Source: a virus (taxonomy: Duplodnaviria > Caudoviricetes). Taken from it: a stretch of 52,088 nucleotides of DNA. The stretch spans positions 1 through 52,088 of the IMG/VR virus record IMGVR_UViG_3300020044_006097. The stretch is one strand, 5' to 3'. Below are positions 20,905 to 31,259 of this stretch, in pieces (within the stretch, counting starts at the first letter, position 1; the number at the start of each line of letters is the position of its first letter). The notes below the pieces were generated by a model. That model saw only the letters and a list, made by a program, of their open reading frames with translations, had not been told where the DNA came from and did no database searches. A program made the position numbers and the translations under genes.

Positions 20905-21451
20905 TAGTGTCACCTTTAAGAATTTGATCTGCTTGGGCTTCAAGTTCTGCCACGAACAAGGCGTTTGTTGCGATGTGGAAGTCATGCAACAATCCTGATT
21001 CTACATCGTAACGCTCCCCTCTGGCCTTAGCATTACGATGCCGGGCAAGCGCTGCGCTGTAACGGCGGATACCATCTTGCACCTGCTTCCAAGAGTGTGG
21101 TACGTAACCCTTACCACCCCGCTCCTTAGGCTCAACCGCAAAGGTGAGCACCTTAACCACCCCATCTATTGCTAGTGCACACCCATCATCTAATAGATCG
21201 AATTGGGGTTTACCCGCATCTGCTTTAAATGCCTGACTGGGCACAGTAGATATTGGGTGCGTACTTACTCTTTCACACAGGAGGTGTGCATGCTGGAACG
21301 GAATATGTAATCCACTATCTAACCAGTATCTACCCTCATCAGTACCACCCTCTACATGTACTGATGTAATTTTGGCAGTCTTCGCCCCATACACAAAATT
21401 ACCCCCATCTTTGTATCGAATGAGATCATCCACCTTAAACAACTCGCCCAT
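20888..21451 (-). CDS. dATP/dGTP diphosphohydrolase-domain protein (DUF5664-like; start re-called at 21451)
   Basis: KADAGKPQFDLL...VLTF...Y...W...RYSAALARH...DVESGLLH..H...N pattern. Confidence 0.75.
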   Translation of the reverse strand: MGELFKVDDLIRYKDGGNFVYGAKTAKITSVHVEGGTDEGRYWLDSGLHIPFQHAHLLCERVSTHPISTVPSQAFKADAGKPQFDLLDDGCALAIDGVVKVLTFAVEPKERGGKGYVPHSWKQVQDGIRRYSAALARHRNAKARGERYDVESGLLHDFHIATNALFVAELEAQADQILKGDTNATSE

Positions 21452-22361
21452 ACTTCCGCTCCAAATAATCAAGTGAAACAAACATTGGTACCGCTGAGCC
21501 TTTATGAACCTCATGTAGTACCGTTATACCCCGGAAATGCGCATTACCTTGTGGGCCTTTGTACCTTTCATTAAACGGGTAACACGCACCATTAACAATA
21601 CCAATCTGCTGCGTACCATCTAAGGTATTACGAATAGCAATATCTAGCTTTTGTGCATGGCCTACAACAAAAGACTTACCAACCTTCTGTAGTTGATTAA
21701 GCGCGCCACCCCCATAAGGCTTACCAGACATAGGATTAGCCAGGAAATGTACAAAGTAAATACCACCAATCTCAATTGGTTGTAGGAACGGCGCAACTTC
21801 CCACCCTAATTCATTTAATGGTAACAACTCTGTACCGACAAAGCCGCTAAGCTCCGGGATGTTCTCCGCTAATCGATCAATACGTTCTTCGTGGTTCCCC
21901 ATGCAAAACACTAAGCGCGGGGTGTGCCCCTTACTAGTGATTGCATCTGTAAGCACACGCATACCCTTAGAACCTACTGCAATATCCTCAACTAAGCGGC
22001 GCCCCTCAAAAGATTTCTTACCCTTATCGTACATAGATAATGAGGGGAAATCCCAGTTATCCCCAATGTGCACCACTACATCCGGCTTTTTATCTGCAAT
22101 GTACAAACCAATCCACCGCATGTAATCCAGGTCTTCGGTGGGTTTGTTCTGGGTGTCTGCAATTACAATGATTTTTAAGTAGTCCTTTGCTTTATCCGCT
22201 GCTGTAGGCCCAGGCTGTGTCTTTCGCCAGTACGCGACATTTTGCCTAGTAACTGTACCCCGTCCAAGCTTTGTCAATGCTATAGCCACCTTAGACATTT
22301 TATAAGGCCCAAACACACCTGCGTCATAGAGTTCTGTAGTTGTAAATTTATTAAGTAGCAT
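21435..22361 (-). CDS. calcineurin-like metallophosphoesterase
   Basis: IADTQ, HIGDNWD, GNHEER and VGH motifs. Confidence 0.88.
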   Translation of the reverse strand: MLLNKFTTTELYDAGVFGPYKMSKVAIALTKLGRGTVTRQNVAYWRKTQPGPTAADKAKDYLKIIVIADTQNKPTEDLDYMRWIGLYIADKKPDVVVHIGDNWDFPSLSMYDKGKKSFEGRRLVEDIAVGSKGMRVLTDAITSKGHTPRLVFCMGNHEERIDRLAENIPELSGFVGTELLPLNELGWEVAPFLQPIEIGGIYFVHFLANPMSGKPYGGGALNQLQKVGKSFVVGHAQKLDIAIRNTLDGTQQIGIVNGACYPFNERYKGPQGNAHFRGITVLHEVHKGSAVPMFVSLDYLERKYGRVV

Positions 22362-22776
22362 CAGTACCTCGCATAGCTTTCATGGCTGCCTTGGCTTTAT
22401 CAGCCGCCCGGCGTTTGCGTTCTGCTAAGTTCTTAGCTTCGCGCTTCTCCGCTTCCGTTTTATGACTAGGGTACATAAGCCCGGTTTCTGCTTTGTGTAT
22501 AAACTCTACAGCATTAGCCAGCCATGTTTTATGTGAACCATTCCGCTTAGCACGGATAGCAGCACCCTCTACCTTACCTAACTGACCATTACACCAACGG
22601 TGCAAAGTACCACGTACTTCTCCCGTCTCGTGATCATGATCTAGTACACCCTCCCCCTTGATAGTGAAATCTATGGGTTCCTTGCACACAGCACAGACAT
22701 TGCCCTGCTCCTTGTACAACTTGAGCACAATTGCCCGCATCTGAGAACGGGCTAGCTTAATCAATTTCTTTTGCAA
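22351..22776 (-). CDS. endonuclease VII-like recombination endonuclease
   Basis: CAVC...LDHDHETGEVRGTLHRWCN..LG signature. Confidence 0.92.
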   Translation of the reverse strand: MQKKLIKLARSQMRAIVLKLYKEQGNVCAVCKEPIDFTIKGEGVLDHDHETGEVRGTLHRWCNGQLGKVEGAAIRAKRNGSHKTWLANAVEFIHKAETGLMYPSHKTEAEKREAKNLAERKRRAADKAKAAMKAMRGTDAT

Positions 22777-23719
22777 TGGAAGCCTCCTGTGTTTTGATTT
22801 TGAAGATTTCTTGATGGTACTTATGCTGTTCTTCCAACCATAGCCTTAAACCAGCATCCAAGTCTAGTGACTTAATGTACTCATAAGCACTGTCTTCAGG
22901 GTGTCTACGCAACCATAATACTTCCGCCTCTGGTAGGAACTGCTGCCCAGCCCTTGCGTAAGCCCATAGGATTTGATTACAGGCCTCGCTCTCATCCTGG
23001 ATAGGTATGAGTAGGTCTAATGCTGAACGTTTACCACAGAGCTTCCCATTAAGTTTGGTGATACCCTTGACATTATCAGCCTCATCACCTGCCAGCATTT
23101 GCCACCAGAAGAACTTAGTACCATGCCCCTTCGCTTTCAAGGAACCACCTTCAGTAAAGGCTTCACTGATCCAGCCAAAGCGGTTATCAATGAAATCAGT
23201 ACGTCCTGTGTATATATCGTATAGCGGCCCAGGAGATAAACATAAGTCCTTATCCTCTGACCAAACAACACCCCTATCTTTGTAGTGCCCGCTATCCATC
23301 ACAATACCGTCATCTGCTTCCCAGTAATCATGCAGCATGATGGGCCAGTTTAGCGGTATGATACCATCTTCTAAAGAGGCATGATGCGCAATACCGTTAC
23401 GCAATGACTCTAGCAGGGGTGGTTTAGGTTTACCAGCACGATTACCTTGATAGGGTTTAACGGTGGGGTACCAATCCCGGTTAGCCTTCAAGGACTTACG
23501 GGAAGTTAAATGCACCCGTACATCGGTACAGTTGGCTAAGAACATTGCCTCCATCACCGCCTTAACCCAACGACGTATGGCGGTATCTAAGGTTTTAGCT
23601 GTACTAACCGCCTTGTAGCAAGCAGCATCCGCATCCATGATAAGTGTACGTCCTTGTACACTTACATCAAACTGCGGTTTCAGGCTGCTGGTATCAACAC
23701 CAAGCAGCTTCATTATCAC
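22757..23719 (-). CDS. 5'-3' exonuclease (T7 gp6-like)
   Basis: DAD, YQGNR, EADD, DKDL and GDEADNVKG motifs. Confidence 0.92.
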   Translation of the reverse strand: MIMKLLGVDTSSLKPQFDVSVQGRTLIMDADAACYKAVSTAKTLDTAIRRWVKAVMEAMFLANCTDVRVHLTSRKSLKANRDWYPTVKPYQGNRAGKPKPPLLESLRNGIAHHASLEDGIIPLNWPIMLHDYWEADDGIVMDSGHYKDRGVVWSEDKDLCLSPGPLYDIYTGRTDFIDNRFGWISEAFTEGGSLKAKGHGTKFFWWQMLAGDEADNVKGITKLNGKLCGKRSALDLLIPIQDESEACNQILWAYARAGQQFLPEAEVLWLRRHPEDSAYEYIKSLDLDAGLRLWLEEQHKYHQEIFKIKTQEASIAKEID

Positions 23720-24576
23720 ATGCCCGGCAGGTTAGGTATAGTCGGGATGGCAGGTACTACCGGGGTGACTGGTACTTGGACAGGTACAACGGGAGCCACA
23801 ACCGGTGCCGCTACAGGCGCTACTACTTGAGCAACCACAGGGGCAGCAACCGCTACAGGTTGAGTAATATCAGGTACACCACCACCTAACAGACGTTCTA
23901 GGGCGGAGCCTTGAAAGTCAGTGGCGTTGATAATCTTCTCCTGGATAAAGTTTTTAGACTTTGTTACCTTCTTCCCGTCTTGCTCAAATTCACTGGTACC
24001 ATCAATAAACAGAGAATCCCAACCTTCTTGAGTCGGTACATCCCATAGGAACAGGCGATAAGTGCTTTCATTATCAGCGGGCAATGGATAAGGTTGACGG
24101 GAGATCGGCTCAATTGGTGGGTTGATTGTAGCAAACACGATCTCATTACGCTCTTTACCGTTCTGCTTACCCTTGACGATATCCACCTCAATTAAGTAAG
24201 CCTCTCCCAGTAACTCTGCGAAGTGCTTCGCAGTCTGCTTATAGTTCATACGGTCAAAGGCGATCTTGGCTTTTGCCTTTTCGTTGTTACCAATAGCCAG
24301 ATCAAATGAGCCTAGTTGATAGGTCTCAATGGAGCCATCGGGTTGACCAGCATACAACTCAAAGCCGATACGTGCATTAAGCACAGGTGGCTTAGCTTTA
24401 CCTTGGTATTCCCCCGCGTGTTTACCTAACTCAATGTACTCTTTGAAGCGGGCAAGGTATACGCCCTTAGGTAACAGGGCGCGAGGGCCGCCAGTGGAAG
24501 TTTCAGACATATCCACTGACGCGGTTTCAACTGCCTGTGCTGCTAGTGCTTTAATTTGTGCTAATGTTAAACTCAT
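23716..24576 (-). CDS. conserved replication-region protein, possibly ssDNA-binding, with Pro/Val/Ala-rich tail
   Basis: ARFKEYIELGKH motif; lies between DNA polymerase and exonuclease as in phiKMV-like phages. Confidence 0.65.
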   Translation of the reverse strand: MSLTLAQIKALAAQAVETASVDMSETSTGGPRALLPKGVYLARFKEYIELGKHAGEYQGKAKPPVLNARIGFELYAGQPDGSIETYQLGSFDLAIGNNEKAKAKIAFDRMNYKQTAKHFAELLGEAYLIEVDIVKGKQNGKERNEIVFATINPPIEPISRQPYPLPADNESTYRLFLWDVPTQEGWDSLFIDGTSEFEQDGKKVTKSKNFIQEKIINATDFQGSALERLLGGGVPDITQPVAVAAPVVAQVVAPVAAPVVAPVVPVQVPVTPVVPAIPTIPNLPGM

Positions 24577-24613
24577 AGTAATTACTCCAGATTAATTGAT
24601 TTTAAATGCGCAG

Positions 24614-24814
24614 CTAGTCAGCAGTAACGCCAGTAGTAGCGTCTTCACTAGGCACCTCCGCAGGCTTGAGTATTGCAAGTAAATCAAAGGCGTGTAGTGT
24701 AGCCACCTTCTCTTCAATAGTTCGGTTAGTACCTTCAGGTACAGGTCTAGCCAGAAATGCCTCCAACTCCTTAATCAGAGAAGCATCATCCGATACCGCT
24801 TTAGTTTTAGCCAT
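24614..24814 (-). CDS. hypothetical protein
   Basis: 66 aa, translationally coupled to the DNA polymerase stop. Confidence 0.6.
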   Translation of the reverse strand: MAKTKAVSDDASLIKELEAFLARPVPEGTNRTIEEKVATLHAFDLLAILKPAEVPSEDATTGVTAD

Positions 24815-27132
24815 TATACAATTTCCTCTTTTTCATACATAGATGGGCCCATCTCAGCTTTTGCCGGGAATGGTACGTGACTTATGTTGTAACCTAACTG
24901 CTCTGACATATACCGACTAGCATCTGCCATGATTGCTGCTGCACCCAAACCAACTTCACGGGCTACAGATTTATGACAGTCGAAGTAAAGCGCATCATGC
25001 ACGTTATTGATCAGGAGTGCCTTACCATCGAAGAAGTCTTTGCTAATTAACCAACGAGCTACACGACCAGCGCTAAGCGTCATTAAATAACCTGACTCGC
25101 CCTGACACCAGTAGTTAGCGATTTGAGTATCTTTGAAGTCCAGTACAACCTGTCCCTCCTTCCACTGCTCGAACTGCCGGAAGCTATACCGTGTACCACC
25201 AGGCGCTTGCCAGTACCCTCTACGGTAGATTTTCCAAGAGCCATCATCTGCCTGCTCACGGTGTAAATTCCCTGGTAGCTGCGCAGTTTTCTCGCACTCA
25301 TCACGGACGACTTGACGGAATGCGATAGCTCGTGGGAACAAGCGGGCTTCTGTATCTAGGAACTCTTGAGCGTACTCAACCGATACGCCCGTGGCAAATG
25401 CAATACCCTTAGCACTAGCCCCGTACTGCGCAGCAAAGCTTGGGGACTTAATATCTGTACGCATTTGCTTGTAAGCCTTATGCTCTGGGTGCTCTTTATT
25501 ATTAACCTTCTCTAGTACAGACTCATAAGGCTCTTTTAGCTTGGCTGCTAAGCGTAGGCTGTGCATATCAGTGCCAGCCTGCAAGTGCTTTAGTAAGCCC
25601 TCATCGCCGGACAATGCTGCGAGCATTACAACTTCTAGCGCAGTGTAGTCAACCTCAATAATCACACCATCATCACCGAAACGGGATGTGAACATCTGCT
25701 TAACCTTACTGGTACCATCACGTGGCAAATTTTGAAGGTTGGGTTTCGACGCAGATAGCCGCCCTGTCACTGTACTAGTAATATTCAATTGGTGATGGAT
25801 AATACTAGTTACTGGGTCAACAAAGGGTAGCATACCTGATACTTTCTTGACAGTACCATCTTTGTTGTAATCCACTTTACGATAATATGTGCCATTATCT
25901 TTCTGCAAAGAGCCTCTACGGTTAAGGAGCTTCGCAGCTTCAAAGCCGTGTACCGCTAACGCTTCCAGCACTTCACCGGATGTACTATACACCGGGGTAC
26001 CGCACACCAAGAACCTTTTACCAGCGTACTCTGGGCGCTTACCAGTGAACTTATCCCGTAGTACCGGTGGGAAGTCAGTGAACTTCAGGATACCAGGGAA
26101 CTTGAAAGTAGCATCAGCCCACTTTAGTTTTTCCTCTGAAGTATCCTCACGGAACTCTTTGAGTTGCCCTTTACTTTTACCAGACTTGTACGTAACGTAC
26201 TGCGCAACAATCAAGGGGTCAAAGGTATCCCCCAGTAACGCCAATACATCCGCCTTACGCTCGAAGCTCCCGTCAAGGCGCTGGTAAAAGTCATCCTTAA
26301 CGTACTGCGGCGGGTCATAAGCTACCTTCTCTTGGTACTTAACCTCACCGCCGAATAAAAGCGCACTTAGGTGGAAGTCACTTCCCCAGTTGAACTCTAA
26401 AGTTGGCGGGAGTGCAGGCAGCATTTGGTTGATCTGTGCATCAATAGCAGCTAGCTCCGCCTCTTGCTCAGCAAGGTTAGCTTCAGCGATTAGGGTGTTG
26501 ACATAAAGACCGTTGTACTCACAGAGAGCAAACGCCACCATACCTTCACAGCGCTCAAGGAACATACGCCACTGACCACGCGCCACAAGCTGCTGCATTT
26601 GACTATAGAAGGTTAGGGCTGTATTGCTTACATCCCCTTCAGGGCCGACTAGGTACTCGGCTAATAGTGCTGGGTCTATCTCAGAGGTCTTGTACCCCTG
26701 CTCCCACAATAACTTTACACCATCGACCTTGTGCGTACCACCGTGCTTAGGCGCTACTTCATCCAGTGCTGGGTAGGTCCAGTTCTGATCACTTAGTAAA
26801 TACTCTGCGAGTTGAGTACAAAGCACCCGCCCGCCACGCTTCAGGAACTTAACGAACTCAGCGTTGTACCGGGTTAAGAACCATGACATTTCATACATAG
26901 CGTTGTGTGCTACAAGGTACTCAACGCCATCTAGGTTGAACCAAGGGTTAGCTGGGTCTTCTGCCTCAGCGCGGCTAAGGAAATGTCGGAGTTGGTTATC
27001 CCCGGCGGGTTGCCCCGATACATCATCACGCCATCCCGCCATGACAATGTAGTTATCAGGGCAGTGCGGGGACGCCTTAGCGCCTAGGTACTCATGGTTC
27101 TCCGTCTCTAAATCAGTTATACGGATACTCAC
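24814..27132 (-). CDS. family A DNA polymerase with 3'-5' exonuclease domain
   Basis: Exo I DLETE, AHN; TGRLS..PNLQN; motif A DYTALE; motif B RTDIKSPSFAAQYG; motif C VHDAL. Confidence 0.97.
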   Translation of the reverse strand: MSIRITDLETENHEYLGAKASPHCPDNYIVMAGWRDDVSGQPAGDNQLRHFLSRAEAEDPANPWFNLDGVEYLVAHNAMYEMSWFLTRYNAEFVKFLKRGGRVLCTQLAEYLLSDQNWTYPALDEVAPKHGGTHKVDGVKLLWEQGYKTSEIDPALLAEYLVGPEGDVSNTALTFYSQMQQLVARGQWRMFLERCEGMVAFALCEYNGLYVNTLIAEANLAEQEAELAAIDAQINQMLPALPPTLEFNWGSDFHLSALLFGGEVKYQEKVAYDPPQYVKDDFYQRLDGSFERKADVLALLGDTFDPLIVAQYVTYKSGKSKGQLKEFREDTSEEKLKWADATFKFPGILKFTDFPPVLRDKFTGKRPEYAGKRFLVCGTPVYSTSGEVLEALAVHGFEAAKLLNRRGSLQKDNGTYYRKVDYNKDGTVKKVSGMLPFVDPVTSIIHHQLNITSTVTGRLSASKPNLQNLPRDGTSKVKQMFTSRFGDDGVIIEVDYTALEVVMLAALSGDEGLLKHLQAGTDMHSLRLAAKLKEPYESVLEKVNNKEHPEHKAYKQMRTDIKSPSFAAQYGASAKGIAFATGVSVEYAQEFLDTEARLFPRAIAFRQVVRDECEKTAQLPGNLHREQADDGSWKIYRRGYWQAPGGTRYSFRQFEQWKEGQVVLDFKDTQIANYWCQGESGYLMTLSAGRVARWLISKDFFDGKALLINNVHDALYFDCHKSVAREVGLGAAAIMADASRYMSEQLGYNISHVPFPAKAEMGPSMYEKEEIV

Positions 27133-27854
27133 TCTACATGCTCCTTAGCGAAGGCTGCTGCCCGCTCCCGTTTAGACTCATACTGCTGCTGCAACGCAAT
27201 GATCGCCTGATTAAGTTCTACTTGCTGCTGCTTTAGTTTAGCATAACGTGCCCCGTACTTAACCTCACGTCGGAGGTCGGCCTTGTCGAACACGCGCTTA
27301 GGTATCGTAGGCTGCTCATTAATTTCAATACGGTACTGCGTATCACACCGCCAATTTGGGTACTGTACATACACCCATTTACCCGTGGATGTACAGGCTT
27401 GTATCCTAGCACCATCCGCCCATGCCTTAATAAGCTCAGCGTGAAAGTGTGCTTTTGGCTTTTGGACAGTAGTTAGAGGTTCCCCTTTTACCCAAGCGGT
27501 GTACTTAGGTACATCATCAGGATGTACTCTGTATTCGTGGTCGGGGCAGTCGAACTTGGGCATCCAATGTACATCCACCCAAAACTCCCGCCGCACCTGT
27601 ATGCGGAAGCCTTTCTTTTTAGCTTCTCGACAGGCTGTTATACCTGTGGTAGGGACTTCTGGCTCGTGAAGCGTTAATAAATGGCTCCATAAGTTATCCA
27701 CATCTGTACCTACCGGGCAGTCCCCATTATAACTCTGTACCGCAATGCAGTGCCAACCAGGGTATGTTGAATGATATACTCGTGCAAGGAGTTCCCATAC
27801 TACACCTGGGTAACTTTTATGTATTACCTTATCCCCAACCTTGAATTGACTCAT
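27129..27854 (-). CDS. hypothetical mosaic protein (start re-called at 27854)
   Basis: FKVGDKV N-terminus; two related W...P.[WF]...YR modules; coiled-coil C-terminus. Confidence 0.65.
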   Translation of the reverse strand: MSQFKVGDKVIHKSYPGVVWELLARVYHSTYPGWHCIAVQSYNGDCPVGTDVDNLWSHLLTLHEPEVPTTGITACREAKKKGFRIQVRREFWVDVHWMPKFDCPDHEYRVHPDDVPKYTAWVKGEPLTTVQKPKAHFHAELIKAWADGARIQACTSTGKWVYVQYPNWRCDTQYRIEINEQPTIPKRVFDKADLRREVKYGARYAKLKQQQVELNQAIIALQQQYESKRERAAAFAKEHVE

Positions 27855-28726
27855 GACTTTACCCCCTCTGCACCTTGGATATCCCGAAAACATTTAAAAT
27901 GTGGATGCCTTGAGTTACCATCTTCGGTAGCCTGCATCCGTTGAACTTCTACATAGCGCCCCTTGAACAACCCAGGGTTGGCGGAAACTTCAGCCATTAG
28001 CGCACGACTAATACCTGTAGCCTTGCACTTACTACCATCCTCTAACTGCACCTCAAAGCCAACGATCTTGCCTTCGTTAGCTTTACCTTCTTCACCCATT
28101 ACAAACCCAATGACTACACCGTCAACAGTTTCAGATGGCTTCATCTTCCACCAACCCTGCACCTTATTAGCTGTGTAGTGCTGGCTTGGGTCTTTCACAA
28201 CAATACCTTCATAACCATCAGCTACAGCCTGCTCGAACAGGGTGTTCAACTCCGCTAAGGATGTAGCTTTCACAGCCTGTACCCAGTAAACAAGTGTATT
28301 ACCAGTGACCCGCGAGAACAACCGACTACCTTTTAATGCATTGATACGTGCTTCACAAACGCGGGCGTCTCCAAGTACGTCAAACACATAGATATGTAAT
28401 GGGTATTCAGCGGGTAGCGTAGTGTGTCGGCGAAGTAAACCACTGGCTTCTTCAAAAGATATACCTGGAATAGTGAATTCAGTATCCAGTGGGTAATCAA
28501 TAACAGGCGCGCTTACCAGACGCTCCCCAACTGATAAAATTTCGATGTTCTCACGGGTCACTGCAATGGTGGAGCCGTTGTGGGATGTAATAATCCCTCG
28601 GATACCATCATGCTTGATCTGCACCAATACATACCCATGCTTATCAATGCACTTCTGAATTGCCTTCTCGTCATAGTCGATAGGGCGCTGCACTTTAAAA
28701 TCTGTAATACGTTCACGTTTAGCCAT
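27851..28726 (-). CDS. ATP-dependent DNA ligase
   Basis: KHDGIR adenylation motif, EGIVVK, WWKMKP and RHPHF motifs. Confidence 0.95.
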   Translation of the reverse strand: MAKRERITDFKVQRPIDYDEKAIQKCIDKHGYVLVQIKHDGIRGIITSHNGSTIAVTRENIEILSVGERLVSAPVIDYPLDTEFTIPGISFEEASGLLRRHTTLPAEYPLHIYVFDVLGDARVCEARINALKGSRLFSRVTGNTLVYWVQAVKATSLAELNTLFEQAVADGYEGIVVKDPSQHYTANKVQGWWKMKPSETVDGVVIGFVMGEEGKANEGKIVGFEVQLEDGSKCKATGISRALMAEVSANPGLFKGRYVEVQRMQATEDGNSRHPHFKCFRDIQGAEGVKS

Positions 28727-28767
28727 AGTAATTAACCCCTTGTACTGAATTGCTGAATGGTGCCTGA

Positions 28768-29049
28768 CTAGAACCAGGTATATCCTCTAGTCGTATATAC
28801 CCCACCCTGTGCCCAATCGTTAAACGGCGCCTGACTCACATGGCTAAGGATTTGGTTGGTATTTAGTTTATGCAACCGCTTATGCACACGGTAAGAACGC
28901 CCTGCTATACGGCACATAGTCAGTCTAGTGGCTTTCTGCTGGTGGTACTTTCTTACTAAACGTCTGTAACCACCCTGCTCAATAAACGACCTTACTTTAG
29001 AAGTAGCTTCCTTTAAGAAGCTTAACGATAACTCATCAACTGTACTCAT
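28768..29049 (-). CDS. hypothetical protein, basic
   Basis: 93-aa ORF packed between helicase and ligase. Confidence 0.55.
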   Translation of the reverse strand: MSTVDELSLSFLKEATSKVRSFIEQGGYRRLVRKYHQQKATRLTMCRIAGRSYRVHKRLHKLNTNQILSHVSQAPFNDWAQGGVYTTRGYTWF

Positions 29050-29051
29050 AA

Positions 29052-30302
29052 TTAACCCTCATTGAACACACAACGTTCTGCATCAAAGTCCACCTCGCCT
29101 TGTACATGACTAGGTTTACCCGCCATTTGGAACTTATTCTTAGCGGTACTAAGCCCGCGAAGACGCTGTAAGGTGGGATCATTCCGCGCGCCCATCATCA
29201 GAATAATATCAGTGGCGCCCTGAATACCCGTCTTACTATCTTTAAGTGCGCTGTAAGGGGGGTACAATTGATCGTCCCCATCAGCAGACACCTGTACTGT
29301 ACCCAGCGATACGAAGTCATGACGCACTGACATCTCGCGAATATCCTGCCACTTCTGTTCAGCTTCTTCCGCTTTATTACCACTACCGCCTGGAAGTTTG
29401 ATGTTCGCCACCATATCCCATGCTACCACAGCAGGCTTCATGACCTCTATTATCTGCTCAATCTGGGCAAGGCTTGCGCCATGGATATCCTTAACACGTA
29501 TGCGGTCTGCGCGCCCAACGGCCTTCGTGTACGCACGCACAAGCTCACCTGCGTTGGATAACGCCTTAACTTCATCAATAGATAACCCGAGGGCTGCCTG
29601 ATAGATGCGGGGAATAATGCGCTGACCTCGGCCCTCGTTATTAAGCCAGAGAATAGGGCGCTCTGGTAAGAAGTACGTGTCAAGCTGCCGCGCGAATGTG
29701 GTAAGGATACATGCCACGAGACTAGTCTTGCCTTTATCCGGGCGTGCGCCAAGCGCGATTGAAGTACCACCGAGTACGCCCTTGATATGCTCACTGAGGA
29801 TACGTGTAGGTAATTTGAGGCCATAATCTCCCGCTTCCTCCGCTAAAATCGATTCAATACTGTCCTCAATCCAGGATGCAGGCGAGCTATTACTAATAGC
29901 CCTCATGCTGTCTTGGCTGAGCTTTGCTAACTCATAGGAAAGCTCAATCTCTTCCCCCGCCTGATAGCGGGATATCAGGGCCGCAGATCGCCCAGCTAGA
30001 TCAAGTTCGTGCAACTGCCCCACGATCCCCTTGATCGTCCCCTGATCAATTGGTTCCTTGAGTTTATTAACCATGTGCATAACGGTGTGCATAGTCTCAG
30101 GGTTATAACCTGAGCGTAATTTAATTAGGGATTCCAGTGCAGGAACATCTATAAAGGTGTGATCGGGGTAGGCATTCCAGTATTGACTGTACCACCCGAT
30201 GATAAACTGCGCCTCTTGACCTATAGCTTCCATAGGCACAGCACCCTTTAGTGTTCTGAATTTCTGCTTATCCCGCAGTGCATGGAGAATTGGTAGCTCC
30301 AT
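29052..30302 (-). CDS. DnaB-like replicative helicase
   Basis: Walker A GARPDKGKTS, LNNEG, SKTGIQGATD and AKNK motifs. Confidence 0.93.
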   Translation of the reverse strand: MELPILHALRDKQKFRTLKGAVPMEAIGQEAQFIIGWYSQYWNAYPDHTFIDVPALESLIKLRSGYNPETMHTVMHMVNKLKEPIDQGTIKGIVGQLHELDLAGRSAALISRYQAGEEIELSYELAKLSQDSMRAISNSSPASWIEDSIESILAEEAGDYGLKLPTRILSEHIKGVLGGTSIALGARPDKGKTSLVACILTTFARQLDTYFLPERPILWLNNEGRGQRIIPRIYQAALGLSIDEVKALSNAGELVRAYTKAVGRADRIRVKDIHGASLAQIEQIIEVMKPAVVAWDMVANIKLPGGSGNKAEEAEQKWQDIREMSVRHDFVSLGTVQVSADGDDQLYPPYSALKDSKTGIQGATDIILMMGARNDPTLQRLRGLSTAKNKFQMAGKPSHVQGEVDFDAERCVFNEG

Positions 30303-30474
30303 TAGTCACCTCGTCTAGTGGTAAGTTTAACTGTGCTGACTCTACCCACCTAAGGAATTCAGATAAGCACATATCCCTCAGTTCTCTAGGTGTACAGTAC
30401 CACTCATCTCGATAGTCATCTGGTACTGTCTGTAGGTACGCATCTATTAGAGGTTTAACTTTACGAGTGTCCAA
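30268..30474 (-). CDS. hypothetical protein
   Basis: 68-aa ORF bridging primase and helicase. Confidence 0.5.
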   Translation of the reverse strand: MDTRKVKPLIDAYLQTVPDDYRDEWYCTPRELRDMCLSEFLRWVESAQLNLPLDEVTNGATNSPCTAG

Positions 30475-31259
30475 GGTGCCTCCCGAATTAATTGTAGTAA
30501 TGCCCCGCGCCGTAAATCCTTAGGATCACAGCCTGGCGGTGTGTTAATAGCAAATGCATGAATGCCGAGACCTTGAAGGCGTTGTATAGCGGGCTGGTGC
30601 CCTTTAATACCTGCTTTATCCCCGTCAAACATGATACCCACTTCCTGTACGTTCGACTGCAACAACTTAGCCACTAGCTTAGTGTGCACTTTAGTACCTA
30701 ATGCCGCTATCCAAGTGACGTTAGGTACCGCCCAACTACCCTTCAGCTTACTAAGGTAATCTTCAGTAAGCACCACACGGGGCTGTATTAATTCACCAGC
30801 CCCTAAGCCGTACACTGCATAAGCACTACCATAAGTACACCACTTAGGTGCCTGTCCACGCAATGCCCGCCCTATCCAACCTTGATCGGTCTCGAAGATC
30901 AACCGACCGTGCTTACTGGAGTAATAAATCTGTACATGCTTCAGCATTGCGTTGTAGTCAATGCCTTTACTAATTAAGAACTCCCATATTTTTAAGAGTT
31001 CCCAATCCTTCACGTGCTCAAACAGTACAGCATCATCAGGCCAAGGCATGAATTGATCTTGGGTTTCTATTGGCGTAAGTGCAGCATGCTCCTTTAGATG
31101 CACTGCGCCTTCATGGCAGCGGTGGCAGTACGCGGTGTATCTATCCGGTAGGTTACGTACTGTCATAGCAGCGGTAGCTTCCTGCTTGTGCTTTACGCGC
31201 TTACTCTGCCCAACTGCGCACTGTTTAGCAAGGTGCAACCACTCCGCCAAGGGGATCAT
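30447..31259 (-). CDS. DNA primase (Zn-binding plus TOPRIM domains)
   Basis: YCHRC zinc motif, VVLTEDYLS and FDGDKAG TOPRIM motifs, DPKD. Confidence 0.9.
   Translation of the reverse strand: MIPLAEWLHLAKQCAVGQSKRVKHKQEATAAMTVRNLPDRYTAYCHRCHEGAVHLKEHAALTPIETQDQFMPWPDDAVLFEHVKDWELLKIWEFLISKGIDYNAMLKHVQIYYSSKHGRLIFETDQGWIGRALRGQAPKWCTYGSAYAVYGLGAGELIQPRVVLTEDYLSKLKGSWAVPNVTWIAALGTKVHTKLVAKLLQSNVQEVGIMFDGDKAGIKGHQPAIQRLQGLGIHAFAINTPPGCDPKDLRRGALLQLIREAPWTLVKLNL

Noticed and set aside
20888-21451. Possible 2-aminoadenine (Z) or deazaguanine genome
   Set aside because: No PurZ, DatZ-like HD protein or Que/Dpd genes are recognisable.
24814-27132. PolA position-762 residue as a hint of temperate lifestyle
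   Set aside because: Motif B (K-S-P-S-F-A-A-Q-Y-G) has Phe, not the Leu linked to temperate phages; no integrase or repressor was found either.
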